Below are positions 9,144 to 19,295 of a stretch of DNA of 64,000 bases, in pieces (position 1 is the stretch's first letter; every line of letters starts with the position of its first letter). This DNA is from an uncultured Planctomycetia bacterium (GTDB lineage: Bacteria; Omnitrophota; Gorgyraeia; B26-G9). The notes under the pieces were generated by a model that did not search any database, was not told the DNA's origin, and saw nothing but the letters and a program-made list of their open reading frames with translations. The stretch is taken from the NCBI GenBank assembly GCA_964437495.1, contig CAYTGV010000001.1:28552-92551 (forward strand). The letters run 5' to 3'. The translations under genes and the position numbers were made by a program.

Positions 9144-12100
9144 ATGAAATACAAAAAAAACACATACAAAAAACTGCTTCTAATTATACTAGTCAACTCT
9201 TTGATTTTTTCTCATTATTTTATTGGGCAAGTTTTGGCTGAGCAGGCCTCCGACACTTATATAAAAAAATACACTAGGATAGATAGTAATGACCTTCTTT
9301 CCCCCCAAAGCAATATTGAAAAGTTAAGGGCAGGCAGCTTTTTCGAAAAAAGCCTCACTTCTGAGTTTACCGGTTCAAGACTGTCAAATAAAAAGCCAAG
9401 AAAATTAGCTGATTTAAAACTGGCCAATAAAAACCTTTTTCCAATCCCGTTCCCATTCCCTTCCGCACAATTTGATCGAGGACAATCAACTCCGGAATGG
9501 CTTGAGTCATATATTATGTCAAGAGTACTTCTAGAGCTAAGTTTCAAGCACAACAACTTGATACCTTTAAAAGCAGCCTTAGAAATTGCCCCGGAAGTTT
9601 TCGAAAATTACGGGCTAAAAGCAAATATAAAAAAAATAATCAAGCTTATTAATGGATTACAAAAAAGAGCTTTAATCTCAAATGCTGACGGTCTTGATTT
9701 CAGCTATAACCACCAGCAGATTATTCAGATTAATGTTCCTTTAAGAACTTTGGCCGTCTGGTCTGATGCCTTTAATTTTATCCGCAGTGATATTAAAAAC
9801 GCTCTTGCTTCTAGCCACTATGATTTCCTTACCATAATTGAGGAATATGCCCTCACTAGTGAATTGTGGCCTGCTCATCCAATTGAATCCCGGTATCCGG
9901 TACTAAGAGCCATTGCCAGTTTAACAGCAGAGGAACAAAAGAAACTCATAGCTATATTACTAAATAATGAACGGCTAAGAACCTATCCGCTCATAGATTC
10001 CACAATACTCATGCTGGACTTCGAGGAAGGAAAAAAAGAGTGGCTGCAAAAATATGCTCCTCAATTAGTAAATCGAAACCTTTATCTTATTGCCGCGGAA
10101 ATATCATTACTTGCCGGCGGCTTAGGAAGAGTGATGCAGTATCACGGAACAAATATGCATAAACTCGGAGCCAATGTGCTTTATGTAGAACCGTATTATC
10201 CCCTAACCAGAGATAAAACTGGATCCGTACAGCCTTTGGACTACTCAGGCTTGGCTATACCCGTTAAAGATTTGAAAAAAATCGACTACGATTTTACCAC
10301 AATAGTTCAAAATGGAAATATTTCTTTTGAAGTCTTTGTCGGGAAAAACACACTCGGCATAACCGTTTATCTGATCAGAGATAAAAAATCCGAATATGTT
10401 AATATCCTGTATGAATACGGCACTCAGGAATCTCCTGCCTCAAATTATGAATTTACCGAGTTTTTCACCAAAGCAACTCTGGAACTTATTAAATATTTGG
10501 AAGTAAAAGAACGAAAAAAATTAGGCAACAGATATAAACCTCCGCTTGTAGATGCAAACGACGGACAGGCTCTGCCCTTAAATGCTTTTAGAAGAATTTT
10601 TTATTTAGATAAGGAAAAAATAATCACAGAAGGCACAAACAAAAGAGATATAGATTTAGCACATGAGGTGTTAACTCAGGCAATTTTTAACGGTACAACT
10701 CATACTTACCGAAACCGCGGTATCATCAATGACTTTAATTACGGCCGTCATTTTTTAAGTAATGCAGGGATCCCAGAAGAATATCTATGGCTGTTTCTTC
10801 GCAAAGAAATCGATGGAACCCTTCTTTGGGATATGACTAGCGGCGGGCTTAGAAGTTCTGATACAAGCAAAGCTGTTTCCGCAATTCATGCCCATGAAAT
10901 GAATGCCCTTGATCCGATGATAAAACTTATCGGCATTACCAACGGCGATGACCGCGTGTATTCTTCCGCTTATTTCAGAGAGGCACTAAAAATTCTGGGA
11001 GTATCCGACTTTGAACATCCCACTGCACAGCAGGTTGCAAAAGCAAAAGCTATCTGCAAAAAAAATATCGGGCTTGACCCTAATCAAATGGTCATCTCCT
11101 ATTCCGGCAGGCTGGTGCAGGAAAAGGCAGGCCGAAACCGTGCTTTGACAGATGAAAACATCGAAGCTCTTGTAAAAGAAGGAATACAGGTACTTATCTA
11201 CGGCAATGTGCAGCCTTATGAAGAAAGCATTGCTATCAAAGAATCTCTTGAAAGACTACAGGAACGCTTATCAAACTCCGGATATAAAGGCAGGCTTATT
11301 TTTAAGCCAAAATTCAATATTGATGAACAAAGACAGCTTTTAGCTGCTACAGATATTCAGATCCAGGATTCTGACCGTTATACCGGAGCTGCCGAATATA
11401 CTGAAGCAGATGTTACCGCTAACGGCGGAATTCAAATGGGCGCTCCATTCTGGGAAGGAATAATTCAAAAACAAGGTGCTGTGATAAATTCAAAAACAAT
11501 GACCGGCAATACCCTTGTACCGGCCGATACAAACAGTAGCTCTTTTTTAAACTCTTTTAACTGGGCACATAAGAAATTCCTAGCTCCAAACAATGAACTT
11601 AGCGTTTATCAGGCCTCTTCTATCGAATTAAGCAGAGTTCTGGAGGCCTCTTTGACAGCTGCCGAATACTTACGCTTCTGGAATAATGCCTTCTGGGAGC
11701 AAAAAAATAAAATGCCAGCTCCGAAACCACGCGTTGCCGGAGAAGTCAACATCCTTGATTTATCCCTTATTTGCCATAGCAACTCAAAATCAGCCTCGAT
11801 TTTACGGCAAGTAAACAACTTCAGCTTGGATTATTCTCCCCAAAAAGGTGACGAATTGGAATTTACCGTTACTATAGACCGCCAGGCTTTTGATTCTCTG
11901 CATTATGGGCAAAAACATCTTGTCTCCTTTGACTTGGTTAGCGCTCAGCTTGTAAATGACTATGGACTCAGAGTACCTTTAAGCATCAAAAAAGTAGCCG
12001 AAATAACTGTAACCTTTAATGCTTTTTTACCTAAAAACCTGCCTCTGCCTTTTAATGGAATTATCGAAATAACTTCCGGATTATGGAAAAGCGCACGCAG

Positions 12101-12182
12101 TATAAGTATCACAACAAATACTATTGTAAAAAGAAAATCACCCATGGTAAATTCCACAAGTCAAGTATCGACTTCAATTTAG
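9144..12182 (+). CDS. Signal-peptide-bearing GT-B protein, alpha-glucan phosphorylase/glycogen synthase-like
   Basis: N-terminal signal peptide (..VLA/EQ); AEISLLAGGLG, NDGQ, TTHT, AVSAIHA, GITNG, SGRLVQEK motifs; beta-rich C-terminal domain. Confidence 0.75.
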   Translation: MKYKKNTYKKLLLIILVNSLIFSHYFIGQVLAEQASDTYIKKYTRIDSNDLLSPQSNIEKLRAGSFFEKSLTSEFTGSRLSNKKPRKLADLKLANKNLFPIPFPFPSAQFDRGQSTPEWLESYIMSRVLLELSFKHNNLIPLKAALEIAPEVFENYGLKANIKKIIKLINGLQKRALISNADGLDFSYNHQQIIQINVPLRTLAVWSDAFNFIRSDIKNALASSHYDFLTIIEEYALTSELWPAHPIESRYPVLRAIASLTAEEQKKLIAILLNNERLRTYPLIDSTILMLDFEEGKKEWLQKYAPQLVNRNLYLIAAEISLLAGGLGRVMQYHGTNMHKLGANVLYVEPYYPLTRDKTGSVQPLDYSGLAIPVKDLKKIDYDFTTIVQNGNISFEVFVGKNTLGITVYLIRDKKSEYVNILYEYGTQESPASNYEFTEFFTKATLELIKYLEVKERKKLGNRYKPPLVDANDGQALPLNAFRRIFYLDKEKIITEGTNKRDIDLAHEVLTQAIFNGTTHTYRNRGIINDFNYGRHFLSNAGIPEEYLWLFLRKEIDGTLLWDMTSGGLRSSDTSKAVSAIHAHEMNALDPMIKLIGITNGDDRVYSSAYFREALKILGVSDFEHPTAQQVAKAKAICKKNIGLDPNQMVISYSGRLVQEKAGRNRALTDENIEALVKEGIQVLIYGNVQPYEESIAIKESLERLQERLSNSGYKGRLIFKPKFNIDEQRQLLAATDIQIQDSDRYTGAAEYTEADVTANGGIQMGAPFWEGIIQKQGAVINSKTMTGNTLVPADTNSSSFLNSFNWAHKKFLAPNNELSVYQASSIELSRVLEASLTAAEYLRFWNNAFWEQKNKMPAPKPRVAGEVNILDLSLICHSNSKSASILRQVNNFSLDYSPQKGDELEFTVTIDRQAFDSLHYGQKHLVSFDLVSAQLVNDYGLRVPLSIKKVAEITVTFNAFLPKNLPLPFNGIIEITSGLWKSARSISITTNTIVKRKSPMVNSTSQVSTSI

Positions 12183-12224
12183 ATAGTTTTATATTGTTTC
12201 TCAACCCATGCTTTCAATAAACCA

Positions 12225-12253
12225 TTGACAATAATTTTTTTTTATGTTATAGT
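12225..12253 (+). promoter_or_regulatory. rpmB promoter
   Basis: TTGACA-N17-TATAGT with an extended -10 TG. Confidence 0.75.
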
Positions 12254-12305
12254 TTTTACCTATTATTAGAAGATATTTAAATATTGATTACTGGAGGAAT
12301 AAAAA

Positions 12306-12560
12306 GTGTCTAAAGTATGTGCAATCTGTGGCAAGGGCCCGGTAGCCGGGCGATCTATCAGCGAACGCGGTAAGGCTATAAAACATGGTGGAGTTGGATT
12401 AAAAACAACCGGCATAACAAAACGAACATTTAAACCGAATCTTCAGAACATAAAAATATATATTAACGGTTCAAACAAAACAACCAAGGTCTGCACTGCA
12501 TGTATAAGATCCGGAAAAATCGTAAAAGCATCTGCCGCTAAAAAATCACAATCCGAGTAA
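12306..12560 (+). CDS. rpmB: 50S ribosomal protein L28
   Basis: CAICGK..GGVG..TKRTFKPNLQ..VCTACIRSG; GTG start with GGAGG SD. Confidence 0.95.
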   Translation: MSKVCAICGKGPVAGRSISERGKAIKHGGVGLKTTGITKRTFKPNLQNIKIYINGSNKTTKVCTACIRSGKIVKASAAKKSQSE

Positions 12561-12872
12561 ATCTCGCGCCTTTGACTTTCCGAAGGCGCGTTTTATATGT
12601 TCACAGTCCACAACAATCAAATCAGGTCTCTTTTCTTTGATCCTATTGATCGCAAAAAGCTCTTCAGCCTTATTGTTCTTCTTGCGAAAACCTATATATT
12701 TAAAAGTTGTGCCGCATCCCGGACATTGCGCCTCTTTGAAAAAATCAATGCCCAGATGCTGACAGTTTTCACAGTTAGCCGTAAGTTCACCAGCTAAAAG
12801 TAAATGCTTCTTAACTTCCTCATTTTCAAGCTTTTGCCAAACCCTTATTAGAAACTCTTTCATAATAGGCAT
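12546..12872 (-). CDS. Hypothetical protein with a Zn-ribbon
   Basis: CENC..CPGC pairs; 108 aa. Confidence 0.7.
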   Translation of the reverse strand: MPIMKEFLIRVWQKLENEEVKKHLLLAGELTANCENCQHLGIDFFKEAQCPGCGTTFKYIGFRKKNNKAEELFAINRIKEKRPDLIVVDCEHIKRAFGKSKARDLLGL

Positions 12873-12930
12873 CCTGGTATAACCCTCAGCCCTAGACTGA
12901 ATTATACCCTATTAAAACGATTAACGATAG

Positions 12931-12962
12931 ATTTGGAAGATTAAACTATTAATCTTCCAAAT
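12931..12962. repeat. Perfect 14-bp inverted repeat (hairpin or operator)
   Basis: ATTTGGAAGATTAA-ACTA-TTAATCTTCCAAAT. Confidence 0.65.
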
Positions 12963-13114
12963 TGACAGCTTTTATTATCTTACAAAATTTTTTCATTCTT
13001 AAAAAAAATGCTGCATTATTTTCTCAATTTAAAAATCATTATCCTTAATCACTGTAATCTCTTTTTTATCTATGCAATCAAGACATCCTCTCATTTTATC
13101 ATTACAGGATGTCT

Positions 13115-13717
13115 TTAACCGACAAACCAGAAACTTCTTCTTTTTTGCTGAGTCATATCTTTGATCATTAAACCGGTATTTGTAACATAAACATAAAATT
13201 TTTTCCCGCGCTCATAGCGGACAAATGCGCTATTACCATAAACCGCTTCTATGAAAGGGATTGCTCTTTGATATTTATAAAGAAATTCCCATATTTTATC
13301 CCCAGAACTGTATAAGCTGTAAACAATCCGGGGCTTTGCCTTTTCCTTTTCAATGTCCAGGTATCGCCCGCTTAGACGCTCAAGTCGAAAATAACTCCTG
13401 GCACCGGTAATGCCCAAAAAGGATTTCCACTGCACGATTCTGCTTTCGATAACCCATTCATCCGCATTAAACAAAAATGTTCTTACTTTGGATTCTTCCG
13501 TACCCGGGAAAAACTCGATATCAAGAACAGGGCTGGACAGGTTTTCAGAAGACTTACATTCAACAACAGCAACCAAACGCCGCTCACTAAAAAATTTGTA
13601 AGAAGATAAATAAAATCTGCCTATAAGCAAAAAACTTCCAATTAAAAATAAAAACAATAATAATAATAAATTTATAGAGAATCTAGGTGTAAAAATTTTT
13701 AATATCCCTTTTTTCAT
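13115..13717 (-). CDS. Membrane-anchored hypothetical protein downstream of feoB
   Basis: Likely start MKKGILK at 13717; one TM; WVIESRIVQW..RLERLSGRY..YGNSAF. Confidence 0.75.
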   Translation of the reverse strand: MKKGILKIFTPRFSINLLLLLFLFLIGSFLLIGRFYLSSYKFFSERRLVAVVECKSSENLSSPVLDIEFFPGTEESKVRTFLFNADEWVIESRIVQWKSFLGITGARSYFRLERLSGRYLDIEKEKAKPRIVYSLYSSGDKIWEFLYKYQRAIPFIEAVYGNSAFVRYERGKKFYVYVTNTGLMIKDMTQQKRRSFWFVG

Positions 13718-13731
13718 GCCTTTACCTTTTT

Positions 13732-15462
13732 TTACAGAATCATATTCAGTACGCCGCCGACAAGCGTTGTGATTGTCAACATGATAATTGTTGCCTGAAT
13801 CAAACGTTTCATCCCAAGCTCTTTTAGAAAAATCACAAAAGTAGCAATACACGGGAAGGACATGGAAAGAACCACACATGCAATAACCAACTGCTTAACA
13901 GTTAAATCCAGAGGTATCAGCATCCCAGCGGCAATATCCTTTCGCAGTATTCCTACGATCAGCACCCAGATTGCTTCTTTGGGTAGACCGAAAACAAAAC
14001 TTAAAACCGGGCCAAATATACCGGAGATAGCTTCAAATATATGCAGCAACTGAAGTACATTAATAATTAAAACACTGGCTAAGACCACAGGCATTGCTTC
14101 TATGATAAAGCCTTTTATCCGGAAAAAAACCTTCTTTAACAGTAATCTTAACGAAGGCATTCGATACGGCGGGATTTCCAGAAATAATTCAGGGCTGTAC
14201 CCTTTTAAAAAATAATTCATTATTGCCCCCAGAAAAAGCCAAACAATAAAAAGCACAGCATATACAAGTGCTACATATCCCCCGCCAAAAGCGCCTAGAA
14301 TACCCACAATCATTGCCTGCAATGCTGCACATGGGACGCCTATTGATATAAGGGTGGAAGCAATGAACCGTTCTCTTTCGCTCTCAAGAATTCTTGTCCC
14401 CAGAATACCGGGCACATTGCAGCCGAACCCAAGCAGTATTGGAATAATCGCAAATCCGTGCAGACCTAATTTATGCATAATATTATCAAGTAAAAGCGCA
14501 AGCCTTGGGATATAGCCGCTATCTTCAAGAAAGCTCAAAAGCAGATAAAATGCTAGCAAATACGGCAGCACCATTACAATTTCCACATAAGGCGCTGTTG
14601 TCAATACGCCCATTGACTGTTGAAAATCAATTTTGCCCTCTATTAAATGTCCAATCAAGATATTATGTAAAAAACTTCCCGGCGAAAGAAATCCGCTTAA
14701 ACGCTCAAGAACCGGCAAATATACAGAATTGAAAAAAGGACCCAATACATAATTAATCAATCCTTCACCGATAAAACGCACTACTTGAAAACTCACAAAG
14801 ACAGCGCCAACCGCTATAACAGCTCCCCACCAGTGATTAACAGATGCGTCTTCAAGAATTTCCAAAAAAGTATGATGTCTGTAACTAAGATGTTGAATTT
14901 CAGCAATTATTTTTCCAATTTCCACCCAGCGCTGCTGATGTGTACGAGTTTTAATATTAGACGGCTTTGCCTGAACAATATTTTCTTTTAATTGTTTAAT
15001 TCCCACACCGGTTATACCGCTGGTAAGCGTAACTTTGACACCCAGCAGCTTTTCAAGTTCCCTGTCTTTTATCGATATTCCCCGGTGTTTGAGTTCGTCT
15101 GACATATTCAAAGCAATAATCATCGGATGATTTGTTTCTAAGAGTTCCATTGTCAGATAAAGATTGCGTTCAAGATTTGTCGCATCAAGAACATTGATGA
15201 TCAGATCAACATCATTAAGCATTTTCACCGCGACCTCTTCAGCCGGAGCACTTGGCTCAAGACTATATGTGCCGGGAAGATCAACTATCTCTACTTCATC
15301 GCCCTCTAGAGTAATTTTACTCTTTAAAAACTCAACTGTTGTGCCCGGGTAATTGGAGACAAGAACCCGCACTCCTGTAAGTCGTGAGAATAAAACACTT
15401 TTACCTACATTCGGATTTCCAATAAGAGCTATTTTTTTTATTTTTTGTTTATGGTTATCCAT
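13732..15462 (-). CDS. feoB: Ferrous iron transporter B
   Basis: GNPNVGKS, NYPGTT, DLPG, LEDSGY, GFGCNVP and LEIPPY motifs. Confidence 0.95.
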   Translation of the reverse strand: MDNHKQKIKKIALIGNPNVGKSVLFSRLTGVRVLVSNYPGTTVEFLKSKITLEGDEVEIVDLPGTYSLEPSAPAEEVAVKMLNDVDLIINVLDATNLERNLYLTMELLETNHPMIIALNMSDELKHRGISIKDRELEKLLGVKVTLTSGITGVGIKQLKENIVQAKPSNIKTRTHQQRWVEIGKIIAEIQHLSYRHHTFLEILEDASVNHWWGAVIAVGAVFVSFQVVRFIGEGLINYVLGPFFNSVYLPVLERLSGFLSPGSFLHNILIGHLIEGKIDFQQSMGVLTTAPYVEIVMVLPYLLAFYLLLSFLEDSGYIPRLALLLDNIMHKLGLHGFAIIPILLGFGCNVPGILGTRILESERERFIASTLISIGVPCAALQAMIVGILGAFGGGYVALVYAVLFIVWLFLGAIMNYFLKGYSPELFLEIPPYRMPSLRLLLKKVFFRIKGFIIEAMPVVLASVLIINVLQLLHIFEAISGIFGPVLSFVFGLPKEAIWVLIVGILRKDIAAGMLIPLDLTVKQLVIACVVLSMSFPCIATFVIFLKELGMKRLIQATIIMLTITTLVGGVLNMIL

Positions 15463-15677
15463 ATTTTTGAAGCCATTCCATATCCGAGGGCTACCACAGT
15501 TCGCCCTACTTTGATCGCCACCGGTCCGCGCATAACAAAAGCGCTCAGCTTAGTAATATGCTTACCGACATTGATCCCCATCGCACCCAGGCGCTTTTCA
15601 AACATACTGCCGCCTTCAATCTCAAAAATAGTTCCTGTTTCCCTGGCTTTCATCTTAATTAGACTTGTCTTTTTCAT
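15438..15677 (-). CDS. feoA: Ferrous iron transport protein A
   Basis: KRLGAMGI..GPVAIKVG..VALG..A; immediately upstream of feoB. Confidence 0.92.
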   Translation of the reverse strand: MKKTSLIKMKARETGTIFEIEGGSMFEKRLGAMGINVGKHITKLSAFVMRGPVAIKVGRTVVALGYGMASKIWITINKK

Positions 15678-15737
15678 AGTGCACCTATTATATTGTATTG
15701 CCTCTTCCATTGCAATAAAATCAACCTACTCTTAGAT

Positions 15738-17801
15738 TCAGTATATTTTCTCTATTGAGATATCTGTATAATAAAATTTGAGGATCTCTTCGAAATTAAA
15801 TCCCCTCTCAGCCATTGTCGCCGCGCCTACCTGGCACATGCCCACGCCATGCCCCCAACCGCCTCCATAGAATAAAAAGGATTCAGCTTTTCCCTGTTTA
15901 TCAAGTTTCACATCTATATTAAACATCGAGCTACGCAGATCTCCCAGCAATCGCCTGATATTAAGCTCTTTTTCAATAATAAACTCCCCTTTACTACCTT
16001 TTATCTTAATGCTATGCACATGTGAAGAGGGATGGCGTTCCTTAATATCAATTGAATAGAGCCTTCCAATATCCTTTTTTTTGTTTATTAAGTCCTCTAA
16101 CTGAACACGCGTATATAATCTTTGCCAGCGAAAATTACTTTTACGCGAAAATGCCGCATTATTACAAAATACATCAATCTTATCCGATCCCAGCCAATCT
16201 TCAAGCTCCAGAGCCGATAAGGGGAAAAAAAACCCTAACGGCATTAATGAATCCTGTTTATGCTGTAGATAAGGCACATCCTCCCGCTGAGAAAATATAT
16301 TTCCCTGCGTATGTCCTCCGCAGCTATTGCTGTATACAGCATCAATAGGCTGTCCATTATGCACAGCAACCAAACCAGAGGTAGAATCTATAGCAGCATT
16401 AGTTACCGCTGTTTCTACTTTAGCGCCATTATATGCCTGGCAATGGACACCAGAACAAAAATTATATCCATCCGCTTTATGCCTGTTTATTTTTCTGTAT
16501 GCCTCAGAACGCGCAGCAACTGCCTGGGCCTTCAAAGCTTCCTGCGGCCAGGAACTCGGCATCTCACTAGGAAGGACTCCGTAAAGATATTCCTCCATAT
16601 TAAGAACATTCACAATGCGGATATACCCCCCATCACTTATTTCGATCTTAAGCTTTCCTCTATATAACCTGTCACTTTTGCTTGCCCAGTATTGCCCCTT
16701 GCCTGCTTCAATATCAAAAATTAATATTGTAGAACTATCATCATGTTGATCTATGAAAACACCTTTTTTGAAATACAGAATCTCATTGTCTTCTTCGGCT
16801 AAAGCAATCCCCTCTTTTTGCTGCAAAAGAGCATAAAGCTTATTCTTTTTCCCCTCATATAGAACAGCCTCTGAGTCGATATCCTTAATAAAAAAATCTG
16901 CGCCTGTTTTAAAACGAAGCCTTTTAACATCACCTATATGCACCCCCACAACCGGAGCATTGGGTACTTTTTTCAAGGATACTTTTTTAGCAAAAGAGTC
17001 CTTCATCCTGGAATATTCTCTTTGCTCTAATTTTTTGCCCAATTCTTTTCCTAATATCTCATGAATTTGACTGATATATTCCTTTGCTAAGATATTATCA
17101 GAATCCACCGCCTGAACCTTTCTTGCCGCCTTCAAAGACTCTTCATAACGGCTTTGATTAAAATATACGCTCATTAATGATGGATACACCTCTTTTATGC
17201 TTGGGTCAAGCGCCTGGGTTTTTTCAAGTTCCTGCTGCGCCTGTTTCCACATTTTATTTCTTATATAAATATTGGAAACAGCAAGATGAGCTATGGCAAA
17301 TTCTGCGTCTTGCCTTATTGCCTGACGGTAAGCATCAACTGCTTTCTGCATCTGAGCTTTTTCCTCAAAACAACGCCCCAGCCAAAAATAAATACCCGCA
17401 TCTGAGAATCCCATTTCCAGGGCTTTATTAAATGATTCAATCGCTTTATCCGCCATAGAATCAAGATAGTAAACCTCTCCAAGATTTTTTAATAGAATTG
17501 CACTTTGCCCATATTTAAGCAGTTTTTTGTAAATTCCCGCTGCCTTTTTATAAAGGCGCATATTTTTATAAACAAAAGCCTTATTCAATTGAACAATCTT
17601 TGTCTCGGGTTTTATTTTCGCGGCTTTATCATATTCAGACAGCGCTTGTTCATACTCACCCAGGTTGAAGAAGACCCTTGCTCTGTATAAGTAATTATGA
17701 AAAATATCTGCTTCTTGAGCCCCACTCTTAGAAGACAGCAAACAAGTAAAACATAAGAAAATAAAACCGGCGATTATTTGTTTTTTATTTAATTTTATCA
17801 T
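15738..17801 (-). CDS. TPR + SpoIID/LytB peptidoglycan lytic transglycosylase
   Basis: Signal peptide; TPRs; EEYLYGVLPSEM..EALKAQAVAAR; GWGHGVGMCQ. Confidence 0.9.
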   Translation of the reverse strand: MIKLNKKQIIAGFIFLCFTCLLSSKSGAQEADIFHNYLYRARVFFNLGEYEQALSEYDKAAKIKPETKIVQLNKAFVYKNMRLYKKAAGIYKKLLKYGQSAILLKNLGEVYYLDSMADKAIESFNKALEMGFSDAGIYFWLGRCFEEKAQMQKAVDAYRQAIRQDAEFAIAHLAVSNIYIRNKMWKQAQQELEKTQALDPSIKEVYPSLMSVYFNQSRYEESLKAARKVQAVDSDNILAKEYISQIHEILGKELGKKLEQREYSRMKDSFAKKVSLKKVPNAPVVGVHIGDVKRLRFKTGADFFIKDIDSEAVLYEGKKNKLYALLQQKEGIALAEEDNEILYFKKGVFIDQHDDSSTILIFDIEAGKGQYWASKSDRLYRGKLKIEISDGGYIRIVNVLNMEEYLYGVLPSEMPSSWPQEALKAQAVAARSEAYRKINRHKADGYNFCSGVHCQAYNGAKVETAVTNAAIDSTSGLVAVHNGQPIDAVYSNSCGGHTQGNIFSQREDVPYLQHKQDSLMPLGFFFPLSALELEDWLGSDKIDVFCNNAAFSRKSNFRWQRLYTRVQLEDLINKKKDIGRLYSIDIKERHPSSHVHSIKIKGSKGEFIIEKELNIRRLLGDLRSSMFNIDVKLDKQGKAESFLFYGGGWGHGVGMCQVGAATMAERGFNFEEILKFYYTDISIEKIY

Positions 17802-17888
17802 TTTAATTGGCCAATAATTGGATTGAACAGCACGAAAAAGAGAAGTTTAACTCCTGTTTTACGCAAAACACCCGCTAAATTAAAAAAA

Positions 17889-18563
17889 TCATGCATTGCG
17901 GAAAATACACAGGATTGAATTCAGTTTTTCATCTTTGTTTTTTATCGCAAACATTTTCAGGCTCACAATCGCTTTTGCTTTCAATATAGGCAGGAATAAC
18001 TCCAAGTCAGCAGAAATAGTATTCGCGCGTCTTTCAACAATGTCATAATACATCTTCCTGAATTCCACATTTGATTCCAGTTTTATCACCGAATCAACGC
18101 TGAGTTCATCTTGAGAAATACTAAAAATATCCTGAGCTGCCTTATTTATCTTAATACGTGAAGATGTAATATCCAAAAGCATTATACCGTTTTGAATATT
18201 ACGGCTTATCGTTAAAAGCAGCCGGTTTATCATATCTACCCTATTTTCCCTTAAAACATCGAATTCATTGATTCGGTCTATAACCTTATTGAATTTTTCC
18301 GCCATATTCGAGAACTCATCTTTACCATGCATAGAAATACCTGTTTGAAAGTTATTCTCCATTATATGTTTCAAGGCAAGTTCAAATTTCTTTCTGAAAA
18401 TTATAAACCGGTCTAAGATAACAAGAGTTATAACTACACCAATGCCAACTAAAAACACAAGGCTATCCTTATAAAAATTCGGCAGATGTTCATTACCTAC
18501 AAACCATATAGACAAAAATATCACGATCAAAATTCCAAACAGTATATTTATCTCTCTTTTCAT
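17889..18563 (-). CDS. 2TM-HAMP-PAS protein without an output domain
   Basis: Two TMs; KDEFSNMAEKFN (HAMP); GIMLLD..INKAAQDIF (PAS). Confidence 0.7.
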   Translation of the reverse strand: MKREINILFGILIVIFLSIWFVGNEHLPNFYKDSLVFLVGIGVVITLVILDRFIIFRKKFELALKHIMENNFQTGISMHGKDEFSNMAEKFNKVIDRINEFDVLRENRVDMINRLLLTISRNIQNGIMLLDITSSRIKINKAAQDIFSISQDELSVDSVIKLESNVEFRKMYYDIVERRANTISADLELFLPILKAKAIVSLKMFAIKNKDEKLNSILCIFRNA

Positions 18564-18573
18564 TTTTATTCCC

Positions 18574-19263
18574 TTAATTATGTTTGATTAATAAATTTAT
18601 GCTTTCCTGCTTACCAACCACAATCAGACAATCACCTTCTTCAAGCATATCCTCAGCTTGCGGCAGATCATTGATCTCTTCGTTTAATATTCGCTGTCCT
18701 CTTTCATCTATAGCCGCAATCTGTTTTTTTATCGCCACAACATTAACATCATAGCGTTTTCTAAGATTAAGCTCTTTAAGGGAACGTCCATAAAAATCCG
18801 CAGGAATTCTTATCTCAGCCATAGTATGTCCGGAAGACAGCTTCATGCTTACCTGTATATTGGGGCTGGTAAGACTTTTACCCACCGATTCCCCCATTTC
18901 CTTTTCCAAATTCAGGATCTTTGTAATATCAAGCGCTTTAAGGATCTCTTCCTGCAGAGGATTAACCGAGCGTCCATAAATATTTTTTATGCCCATTTTC
19001 TTCAGCAAAGTAGTTGTCAGAAGATTAGCCTCAACATTTTCCCCAATACAAACAATTGCCGCATCTACCTGCTCGAGCCCAATAGAGCGCAATGCCTTTT
19101 CATCCGTAGCATTCAAAGCAACAGCCACAGCCACATAATCCTTAATATCCTCAACTTTTTCTTTATCAGAATCAACAGCAATAACCTCTACGCCCTGATC
19201 AGTTAAAGTCTTAGCTACTGTTGACCCAAAGCTACCTAATCCAAAAACAGCAATTTGACGCAT
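18574..19263 (-). CDS. TrkA/KtrA potassium-uptake regulatory subunit
   Basis: GLGSFG Rossmann fold (RCK_N) plus RCK_C domain. Confidence 0.9.
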   Translation of the reverse strand: MRQIAVFGLGSFGSTVAKTLTDQGVEVIAVDSDKEKVEDIKDYVAVAVALNATDEKALRSIGLEQVDAAIVCIGENVEANLLTTTLLKKMGIKNIYGRSVNPLQEEILKALDITKILNLEKEMGESVGKSLTSPNIQVSMKLSSGHTMAEIRIPADFYGRSLKELNLRKRYDVNVVAIKKQIAAIDERGQRILNEEINDLPQAEDMLEEGDCLIVVGKQESINLLIKHN

Positions 19264-19295
19264 CTTTTTCCTCCTAAGATAAAGCTACAGTTAGT

